This document shows, piece by piece, positions 1 to 11,800 of a DNA stretch of 64,000 nucleotides. How positions within the stretch are numbered: the stretch's first letter is position 1; every line of letters starts with the position of its first letter. A program made the translations under genes and the position numbers. The notes beneath the pieces were generated by a model. It worked only from the letters and a program-made list of their open reading frames with translations. It was not told the origin of the DNA and did not search any database. The DNA is from Octopus vulgaris (Eukaryota): NCBI GenBank assembly GCA_951406725.2, contig OX597822.1, positions 59,830,001 to 59,894,000 on the forward strand, written 5' to 3'.

Positions 1-109
1 ATCATCATCATATGAAAACTCACACCATATTTTGCGGGATATGATGGAAAGTGTCAGCTGTTCACAGCCAGCAGACTAAGACGACACTATTATTATCATT
101 ATTATTATA

Positions 110-197
<88 letters not shown>

Positions 198-980
198 TTG
201 AATGTGAGAGCAACCTACGCCATCAAAACGACGTGGGCACAAATATACAAGGCCCAACATACCTATCGTGACTACCCATCTGATAAATGTACACCAGAGA
301 AATGCATCACGACCATATATGCGCGACATATGACATCATACCAAAATAAACAGCACATGTATATCCAGTTAGAATTTTCTTAAAGTTTGAGTAGTCCATC
401 CCTCTCAGAAGGTGCTTCATTAAGGGTTGTTTAAGAATGATGAACAAAACAGCAATGTTTCCGGAGGTAAATTATTCAAACCCCAGATATTCTCTCTCAA
501 CACATGGCTATGATGCTGCCCCATAACTCCTACTCGTGATCAGAGATGCACATGTCGTCAGCCATTATGGAACATGTTCAACTGGTTATTGTCAAGCAAC
601 TGAGGAGCAAATCTCTGGTATTGAGCAGAATATTTGCTGTAGCCTATATTTTACACAAAGACATGTCCATGTTGACATTTCAAATAAGTTAAGATGAAAA
701 ACCATGAGAATTACTGCCTGATATTGCATCAGAGCAGTTGAACTCCTAGAAAAAAACTTTTGTTTCTCGGAGGAAATCAAAACACGTCTAATGCTTACGA
801 AACAGGTAGGATGTCACAAACCGTTAACAACAAAAAATACGAAGTAGGAGTACAGGAATATAAACTATTTTTTCGAACAGCCAAGGACATAAATGGAAAA
901 CAAGACAAACAACAAAAAGAACGACACTTCATACGTTGTTGACTGTTTTCTTCTCCCGTATTTCGAGTATTTCACACTGC

Positions 981-1032
<52 letters not shown>

Positions 1033-1080
1033 GTTTGGTTTGCAAGATTCTTTATATGAGTTCGTGCGTTAAAGCAAATT

Positions 1081-1248
1081 CTGTTGTGTCTGGGGAGAGT
1101 CATTTTCCTTTTGTGCCTTTCAAAACTATTGAAAAGGTTGCAAGACGCAACGAAAATTTTAGAAAAATAAGAAAAAAGCGGAAATTTTACCGGTGAGTCT
1201 GTTACATTATAAGGCACAAAAAGAAAATGCCTCTCTCCGGACAGAACA

Positions 1249-1249
<1 letters not shown>
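1081..1249. repeat. Short foldback/MITE-like element with ~43-bp imperfect inverted repeats
   Basis: ctgttgtgtctggggagagtcattttccttttgtgcctt vs reverse complement of aaggcacaaaaagaaaatgcctctctccggacagaacag. Confidence 0.6.
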
Positions 1250-1307
<58 letters not shown>

Positions 1308-1599
1308 TATACATACATATACACAAACATTCACATACATATATATATATATATACATACACGTATATACATATATATAGATATCTGTTCGATTTATTTT
1401 ACTATAAAATAAATTATATGTAGGATATACACGATCCTATATTAAAGAATGCCTTCAGTCATGAATGACCATGGGATTGCACTTAGAAAGTTACCTTCCG
1501 AGGCACAAGTCCAGCCTTTCCTTTCCTTTCCACGTCACCGATGTTATCCAAGGGAAAGGCTAAGGCCAATATAGCTTGGCACCAGTGACTTTGAGATTC

Positions 1600-2107
1600 A
1601 GTTGCGACCCATGGCTCGCCACTTCATCCTACCTGGATATCACCTCAACACTATCCACACCGCCCTTGCCAAAGTACGTTCCGTCGACTGTGCATCTGAT
1701 CTCCCCCCGCACCCGCCCCGCCGTCACCCGTCTCCCGTTTCCCCTCACCTACCACTCCACCACCCTACCTCTCCAACGCACCATCCTTCGAACCTTCCGG
1801 GGACTCCAGTCCGAACCTCCCATTTTGCACATCTTCCCTAATCGACCCCTCGCCTCCATCAAACGAGCCTCTTCCCAAACCCATTCTCCCAACTCAGCTC
1901 GTTCCCCTGCTCCTGCTCACGCTGCCGCATTTGCCCTTATATCTCCAACACGACCCTCCTCACAGGCCCCCATCATCGACCCAATCCTATCACTGCCTCC
2001 TTGACCTGCACTTCTAACAATGTCATCCACTACATCTACTGCTCCCTCTGCCCTTCTCTATACATCGGTCAAACAGGACGCCTCTTGGCCGACTGGTTCG
2101 CGGAAAA
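1600..2107 (+). mobile_element. Penelope-like retroelement fragment (C-terminal linker and GIY-YIG endonuclease)
   Basis: RLPFPLTYH...IFPNRPL, then TCTSNNVIHYIYCSLCPSLYIGQTGRLLADWFAE; frameshifted. Confidence 0.8.
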
Positions 2108-2222
2108 CTTCATTAAATGTTCATACAGCTCCTGATGCTGTATGAACATTTAATGTGGTTTTGAGTCAAGTTTTGGCTGCTATTTCCAGCGTGGAGGTAT
2201 CTCTTAGATACCCTAAATTATA

Positions 2223-2640
<418 letters not shown>

Positions 2641-2726
2641 ATAACCTTATATTTTCAGTGATCTATACTTTTTACAATAGTATTTATATCCAGTAGAATA
2701 TATACCTATTAACCTCTGTTTTTCAG

Positions 2727-2894
2727 AAATTTACTATTTCTTTTACTACAAAAGACAACCAGGAGTTGATGGATCAATATGATTACAACAGCAGATATAA
2801 TATGCCCCACAAGAGCATCGAAGAAGCCAGTTATCAAATGGTGACTACGCCTGGGCAATATGGAACTGGTAGTCAACTGACATATCAAATACGA
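2727..2894 (+). CDS. Gene A exon: C-terminal half of C2/MNNL domain
   Basis: tttcag|[20 protein letters not shown]...SQLTYQIR|gtaagt, 168 nt, phase 0-0; same length as 48792-48959. Confidence 0.85.
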
Positions 2895-5800
2895 GTAAGT
2901 CTTTAAGTTATGAACTGTTTTGAAATTATCTTGAAATTTCTTGCCCTCCTTTTATTGATCAGTGCGTATCATTCGCATCACTCAAATTTGTATTCTTGTT
3001 GCTTTTTATTGCTGCTTGCATTGCGGACACTGTTAGCCTCTGCTCGGAGACATTGATAAACCCAATGTTACTGATCAAACCTTTGGTCCTCCATTTCTGA
3101 TCTTCAGTTCATGAATGTATTCTAGGACCTACTTGTATATGTATCAGGCAGCAGTTGGCGTGCAGTTGGAATAATGGTTGAGTGACAGTGAAATTATCTG
3201 GTATTTATTTTTCTGTCCAATCTGCTCTTGAATTAGATATCACTCACACCTCTAGCGATGCAAAAATTGTGCAATAAACATGTTTATCCTCAATACGATC
3301 TATATACGACCAAAATAGCATAAATCTTTAAACGTTCCATTTGCTAAAGTCTTAGAATATTTGTGTAATTGTTTTATTTCAGACTTACTGCAGCCAAGGC
3401 TATTACGGTCCTAGCTGCGCGGTGAGATGTGAAATTCCCATCATTGAGCAAGTCAGGTTTATGTGTAATAACAACGGTAAAAGAGTCTGCAAGCCTGGTT
3501 TCTCTGGTTCGTTCTGTAACCTCAATGGTAATTATAGATTATTTCTGTCTCTTTACATCATGAAGTTTAATCTCGCCTCGATCAGTTTCGCCTTTTAAAT
3601 TCCTGAGTCCGATGAATTATGGTACGGTTCAATAATAGCTTGTCAATGACGTGCATCTAATTGCCATCTGCTTAAACGAAATGCGTATCTTGATATTTAT
3701 CGGAAACAGGAATTAAATATTCACTGGATTTGCGGAAATAACACATCGAGTATATGAAGAGATTTTATTTCACACAATTGTACAGCTTCACACCTTTTAA
3801 CGATGAATATACACTTAGTATGATTCATAGATGGCGTTTGTAATTTAAGGCATACACAGAGCCTCGTTTCCATTTTTAGTTTATCAATCCGAGAAAAAGT
3901 AGAAAACAATACAAATTGGTTTCGGCGAAATTTGAGAGAAGCCACGGTACAATATCTAATTAGATACGCTACTGTTTGTGCCACTCCAGTGGCACAAACA
4001 TACAAATACTAACAATACAATATTATAGAACATAAGTATTAGTAAGAGTTAGAAGTATGAGATTGCAATAGAAAATAAGGAGTCGCTATAATGAGTCGAC
4101 TCTTTGTTCTCTGGCGAAGTTGGTTCACTTCCCTCAATCTTTAGTGCCTGGAGGAAAGCACTTAGTATCTCAAAATATTATGCTTTATTACCCTCTCTTA
4201 TAATACATATCGCCTTGAATAATCAATAGCAGCCAAAAACATAATTTTGAATAATATAATTTTGATAAGATTTTTATGACGTATAAATACTAAACTGTTT
4301 CTAAAACTTTTTACACTCTATTCATACGATTTAGCCATCAATGTCTCAATATCTTGAATTTGTTCCCTTACATTCTAAATTCCCGATAATCCAAAACAGC
4401 CATTAATGAATAAAAATATTAAATCAATCAACCAATTACCTCTTTTTTTTCTCCCATACATCCTATAATTATTCGTGACTTTTTCAAATAAACTTAAATC
4501 TATGTGGGACTTGCTCTTTTGAAAAGAATGTCTCTTTAAGCTGTAGTCATTCGTTATTATTACAGGGCTCCACGCTGGACGAAATACTTAACGGTATTTT
4601 GCCTGTCAAAAAGGCGGCGAGCTGGCAGAAACGTTAGCACGCCGGGCGAAATGCTTAGCGGTATTTCGTCTGCGTTACGTTGTGAGTTCGAATTCCGCCG
4701 AGGTCGACTTTGCCCTTCATCCTTTCGGGGTCGATAAATTAAGTACCAGTTACCGACTTAATACCTATGTCTGTCCTTGTTTGTACCCTCTGTGTTTAGC
4801 CCCTTGTGGGTAATAAAGAAATTCCACCGAGGTCGGCTTTACATTTCATCCTTTCGGTGTCGATTAAATACGTACCGGTTATGCACTGGGGTCGATGTTA
4901 TCGACTTAAATCCTCATCCTCAAAAATATTTCAGGCCTTGTGCCTACAGAAGAAAGGACTATTACTGGGTCCCTGCTCCTAACGGCAGAAAGCTACACCA
5001 TCACATAATACATATTTACAGCGAGGCATTCAAATGAGAGTTGAATATCTTTGTCATTATTCTCAATGTAGCGCTAGTGATAATAATTGATGCTTTGACG
5101 CTTTCAACTCTAGACTGACATGGTGTCGACTCGACTGATGACAGCACAGAAATCTCTGCTAAAACTCATCAACAAATATTAACAAATTGTCTTTCTGTGA
5201 GATTGTAAATACATTGCTGTAATTAGTATATTTGATTCACTTACCTTTTATCGAATTTCATTATTTACTTTGAAAAAAATGTGTGTAAATGATATGTATC
5301 GTCAACATTTTTTTCAGCTGATGTATGTCGTAGCTCACCCTGTAAAAATGGTGCGACTTGTACTGTGCAAGGTTCTATGTTTAAGTGCTACTGCATCCCA
5401 GGATACACAGGACAATATTGTAATAAAGGTATTTATTTTTTTCTTATTAACTTGTAAACTTTATTTGAAACAATTCGTGAAACTGTATAATCCCAGCAAT
5501 CGCAAAATTATCAATGTGTATTTTATTTTAGCTATAACAATGTTGTTAATTGAAGCTATTTCATAGAATAAACTCTTTTTAACGTGGAAATGTTTAACAT
5601 ATGTACACTCAGATTTACACTTTTAAATACATTATATATTTAATATTACATGCCCTCTGGTTCTACATATATACCACCTGCTTGTGTGTTATATACCTCC
5701 TCAAAAATATTCCAAATAATGACTGCAGATTATTTTGGTCATTTCCTTGACTGGACAATAATAATTTATTGTGAGTGATAAATCAAAAGCTTATCATAGT

Positions 5801-8800
5801 TGAGTTGTTAAGCTATTACTCTAGCTAAAAGTTAATATCTAGTACTAGTTTGATTATTAAAAATAAATAGAATTAAACATTTAGGTGTAGATATGATCGA
5901 ACGGTCGAACAATTTGTTGTTAGCTACATGTTGGGCAATAGTCAACAAGATATTAACAATAGGCCCTTAAAAAACTAACAATGAAGACATGCACGATATT
6001 GCAATAACTCTGGTGTTGTTCCAAATTAAAATGAGTTTTCAAAGCAAAGATTAACGAAGTGAAAGAATGGGTTAATATTAATTTATCTTAGGCATCGACG
6101 AATGCAGTCTGACGACAACTCCTTGCTTAAATGGTGGTACGTGCGTTGACGGTATTGGTAACTATTCCTGTATGTGTCCGAGTGGTTACAGTGGATTCAG
6201 ATGTGAATTTGGTAAGAATGAAGTATTTCTATTTCAATTTACATTATTATGATAAAGTATTGCAAACGTTTCATCAAATGTAAGTATTACAAGCGATTTA
6301 GTCATCAAGCTCCATTGGAAACTGAGAAATAATAACGGCCACTAAAGATGTCTAGTTATAAAAAAAAATGTTGGTATACATTGAATTCTTTTGTCTACAG
6401 AAACTATCTTATTTTATTGTAAAAACCAATCTTAGCTGGTTCTTTATTACGACTCATTAATTTACTAACTTAATTTCATTTAATCCGATGTAATACATTC
6501 TAATTTTCTTAACATGATATACTATTTAATATATTCTCATATAGATATATTATTCATTTAATAAATATATTTTGCCATATCCTTGTAACATAGCATATCC
6601 TTGCCGATTCCTTGTTGTATTCCTTATTGAAATATCCCGCCAATTATTTACATTATTTACATCTGATGGATGTTTGTCCTCATCTTGTTTGTTGTTAACA
6701 CAAAGTTTCGATTGATATACCCTCCAGCCTTCATCAGGTGTCTTGGGGAAATTTCGAACCTGATGAAGGCTGGAGGACAGCCGAAACGTTGTGTTAACAA
6801 CAAACAAGATGAGGACAAATATCTGTCAAATGTAAATAATGTACATAATTCTCTTTCTCTTAAATATAGAACTGTATAATCCCACAGCATTAGTAATAAA
6901 AATATGTGACAGACTATATTGATTTCAAATTATGGCACAAGGCCAGTAAGTTCGAGGAAGCGGGTAAGTCAATTAAATCGGCCCCAGTATTCGACCTCGA
7001 AAGGAATGAAAGGCTAAGTCGATCATGGCGGAATTTGAATTCAGAACGGAAAGACGGACGAAATGTCTATTTCTTTATTACCCACAAGGGGCTAAACACA
7101 GAGAAGACAAACAAGGACAGCCAAACGGATTAAGTCGATTATATCGATCCCAGTGCGTAACTGGTACTTATCTAATCGACCCCGAAAGGATGAAAAGCAA
7201 AGTCGACCTCAGCAGAATTTGAACTCAGAACGTAACGGCAGACGAAATACGGCTACGCATTTCGCCCGGCGTGCTAACATTTCTGCTAGCTCGCCGCCTT
7301 TCTGCGACTGACTACATTTGTTTTATTGATAACTAATCTCCCTATATACCCACTTCTCTTGAACAAGCCAACAAAATGTGTAGCGCCCATACATGTCTAA
7401 ATGCCGATCCATGCACTAATCTCGCCAAGGACTTCTAGTGTCGCTACAATGTGGGATTTTAACGGCAAGCGATGTGAACTTCATAATATATTCTTTTATT
7501 TTATATATTAGTAAAACATGAAGTTAGAAATAGATACTCAGCTGGTAAAATGGAATATGGAATATCCCAAGAATTTTCAATAAAATCTCATTGGAAATAT
7601 ACAAGATGATTTTTTCTTTATAAATTTCTTATAAATATGTTAACCATTTTTAATTATTTGTTGGAAGACGAATGCTAGAGCTACACGGCCATCTCAGTTT
7701 TGAAGAATGGAATAAAGAATAGTGTTGTTAACGTGAAATTTTGATAGTAGGAAGTGAGCTAAATGTAGACTTAATATAGATTTAAGGGATAGGAACGTGG
7801 TCTTTTTAATAACTACAATTTATGCTCAGTGGGGCTTTAACGAAGAGAAACAGAGTGAGACAGGAAAATAAAGATGTGTATAACGTATTGATGTGAGTGG
7901 GGCAAGGTTCAACTGGAAGTTCTGAACAGCAGAACTTCAATATTTCAGCTACAGAAAAGAAAAGAACAGAAAGCAGAATCAGTGCTAAGATGAAGAGTTT
8001 TAATTTATGTGGAATACACCATTCAGACGCCCAAAGAAGTCAGAAATCAAAGGAAAACTATCAAACCGGTTATAGCAGAGATATTCAATTTTAGATGATA
8101 TTTGGGTCAGATATTGACAAATTACTATCAGGAAATATAACCTATATTTACATGAAATTAATACCAAATTAGTATGGTAACTTGCCACTTAAGAGTCTAT
8201 TAGGAAAATCAAACACAGAAAGCGAAAAGAAGGTCTGAAAGCAAAATAATCAACAGACAGAAGCACATTTTCGATGGTTCATTTCGCATGCTATGGTTTT
8301 CAGTTCTCGGTATCAAACAAACAAAATAAAGCTTCTAAATACTGTATAATATTATATTTTCTCTAGGTATAAATTACTGTGATGCACAACCGTGCTACAA
8401 TGGAGGCACATGCACTTCGAATCTTAATGGTTATATCTGCAACTGTATGAATGGGTTTACAGGCAAACAGTGTCAAAAAAGTGAGTTATTTATTAAATTT
8501 TATGAGCTAAGATTTTCGTTCGGTAGGAGGAAATAAAGGCAAAAAACTTTGCGATAATTCAGTTGGTATAATGTTTCCTTTAATAAAAGCATAAAAAAAA
8601 TTGAGACGGCATCAAGTTGCTTGCTTTGTAAAAAAGAAATATATTTACCTCTGAAGACTGTGATTGACTTCCGCACAAAAGCCTTATTTACACACAACCT
8701 TAGTAATTCCTTTTATTATTAACAGAAATGTCGTTAGCTTTTCGATAGTGACATGAAGCATACTATACTTCTTAAGAACCCCATACTCTGGAACAACGCA

Positions 8801-11800
8801 CAGCTTAAAACTTCACTCTCTAAAAATAATGCACTTACAGTTACGCAGATCAATGCTTCATTCCAAAAACTGGTTTTCTTTTCTAAACCGTAAAATAATT
8901 CTGCCTTCCTCATCGGCTTTCCATACCGAGTTTGATACAATACTCTCTTAAATATCTTGATAGCATCCAATAAAAATTGCTCACCTAACAACAATCTTTA
9001 CTTATTAAATTTTCTAGTCTTTATCTATCTTTCAATGACCACCTTACTCTGACTGTTATAAAGGTGAAGAAGAAAACAGAATGAATCAAATTAACATTTC
9101 ATTAGTCAGAGGCCAAACAAGTCAATGAATAGAGAAAACAATTCCTTCTGTTTTAAACTTTCTAGCCCTTTGCAATCTCCACTTGAGCACATTTATGCAG
9201 GTCTCTTTGTCTCTTTCTCTCTCTCTTTTTCTCACTTAGACTTCTCGGTTTAGATATTGCTTCCAATCCTTTCTCTTTCTCTTACTGGGGATCCTTTCTG
9301 TTTGGCTGCGACTTTTTAATTTCTTAAATTTTTTTCCAATTGATTTCATATTCGGTATGTTGGTGTAGTTTTGTATGATTGTCATTTTCGCCATAAATTA
9401 ACAAGTAAAGATTTAATAGCTTTTAAATTTTCCAAATTTAGGGTACTTTTAGTTGATCGAAAGCCACAGACATAGAGGAACCTGTTTCCATAGTAATAAG
9501 CCAAGCTGTTGCCAAACCGCTTACCCACGTGGTCATTTTTCGCATATTAAATGCTCAAAACACATGAGATATAAGATAGTTGTGAGATGTGCTGAAAATG
9601 ATAGCTAAATATGCCTTAAATCACGCATTAATATTTGGCGGGGTGTATAATTCTATGAATTCCCGTGTGTAAATTCTAAACCATTTAAAAATTATGAGGG
9701 TTTATATGGCAGGCGTAAAATAGAATTCCGCCAATATTTCATTTGTTTACAGCTGACAAACCCTGTTGGATAGCTTCCAAACACTGTTGTCTGACTGTGT
9801 AAAAATGATCAAACTCTGCATCGCTTTTAAAACAATTTTTCTGGAAAAGTGAATTAGCTCCTGAGATTCAACGTGGAAAATTACATCAATACACCAAATT
9901 TTAAAATTTTCCTTAAACTTTAAAATTTCATCAAATGCAGCCAAACTGAAAAGATCCGCTACCTGTATTAACATCCTCTAACTGTATCCGTTAACATAAA
10001 AATAATAGAAAAGGTTAGAGGCCTGTTCTCTCTGAAAGCAACAACATATTGTGACGATAGAGTATCAAGATATTTCTTAAGTTCTCAGAATTTTGTAACC
10101 TGATATCTAGTCTTCATTTATAGTCATGAAGCTTCACTGTAACTGCTTCAGTTTGAATTATTGTATGTCACTACTACAGAATTAGATAACCCAGTCAGTT
10201 ATAATTAGTAGCAGCACGGAAAAATGGAGTATTTTGTTCGTGTTGGAATCTAGTCTTTTTATGGGTGACCATTTATATTTTATCTTTTAAAGTTTATTTG
10301 TTCCAGTCTTTAGAATGTGGCCATGTACCTCGAGGCATGTGGGACCGCCTCAGGGAATTTTAGTCGAATTAATTGATCCAAATACTTATTTTATTTTTAA
10401 GCCTATTGGTCTCTTTTGCCGAACCTCAAGGTTACGGGAATTTAAACACACTAATACCGGTTGTCAACCGGTGGTGAGGGACTAACAGATACAAACACAT
10501 ACATACACACACATACGATGACCTTCCTTAAGTTTCTTTTCAGTTTCTACAAAATCCACTTAAAAGGCTTTCGTGGGCCCGAGGCTATAGTAGAAGACTC
10601 TTACCCAACATGCCATGCAAGTAGGACTGAATCCAGAACCATGTGGTTGGGAAGCAAACTTCTTACCACCACCACCGTTACAAAAGGTGTAGGAATTAAA
10701 TAGCTTGACTCCCTTCTTGGACTAAACCAATGCAATTATTTCCTATTAAGAGATAACCTCATAGCGCGATACCGATTTAAAATAAAGGAAAGCGAAAAAC
10801 TTAATATATTTTGAAATACTCATTTTATTTCTTGGAACATCACTAAATGTTTGTCTATTTTTCTAGAGATGCGACCATGCTTCTTCGAAAAAGAGCCATG
10901 TTTCAATGGAGGTACATGTATCAATCGCGTCAATGATTTCATTTGCCAATGTCCCACTGGATTTACCGGAAACAGATGTCAAAGTGGTAACTGAGAGCTT
11001 TAACAATATTATTTACACACAGTTTTTTTAGGAAGACGTAATATAACTCGATTCTAGTAATTTAGAGAGAAGGTCGTTTCTGAATTTTACACTATCTAAT
11101 TCTAAGAGAAAAAAATTGGTTGATTTTTCTTTTGATTAAGAAGCACGTGAGATTTAATTCAATATATGTCATCTGTTCTCATACTCAAGGCGAATTCGAC
11201 GTGTTTACCATCAGCTTATAATAAAATTGAGCGCTGTAACCTGATTTTCAAAGGAAAATTAGACGCACATGAGGCAATAAAATTTCATAAGAATCTTCAG
11301 AACAAAACTTTCACTTAGAACACTTCGTGTTAACTTACAAAGTGTATATAACAACTTTAGGTAAAAAGGTCCGAAAGTGCTTTAATTTTTGTCTGTTTAA
11401 TTGTGCTCACATCTTTAACAAGAACTTAAGGAAATATAGTCACACGACTACTCTTAGATAATTAGTTGACAGTCATCGACGATAATATAGGTTTAAAATT
11501 TTGGCACAACATCAACAATTTCAGGGGAGGGGATAAGTCAATTACATCGATCCCAGTGCTTAACTGGTACTTATTTTATTGATCCTGAAACGATGAAAGG
11601 CAAAGTCGACTCCGGCGGAACTGAGAATGTGAAAACGGACGAAATACTGCTTGATATTTTGCCCGGCATGCTAACGATACTTCAGCTCGCCGCCTTAAAT
11701 GGTATTAACATTATAGCTGATTGTAAGGCAGCGAAGTGGCAGGCTCCTTAGAACACGGGAAAAATGCTTAGCGGCATTTCATCCGTTTTTACGTTCTGAG

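Noticed and set aside
936-1423. [18 protein letters not shown] and YLSIYLSI ORFs here and throughout the ORF track
   Set aside because: They are translations of (AT)n, (CA)n, (CATA)n and (GATA)n microsatellites
4613-4700. tRNA genes at the A/B-box motifs
   Set aside because: They are SINE heads that continue into shared repeat bodies and lack a complete cloverleaf
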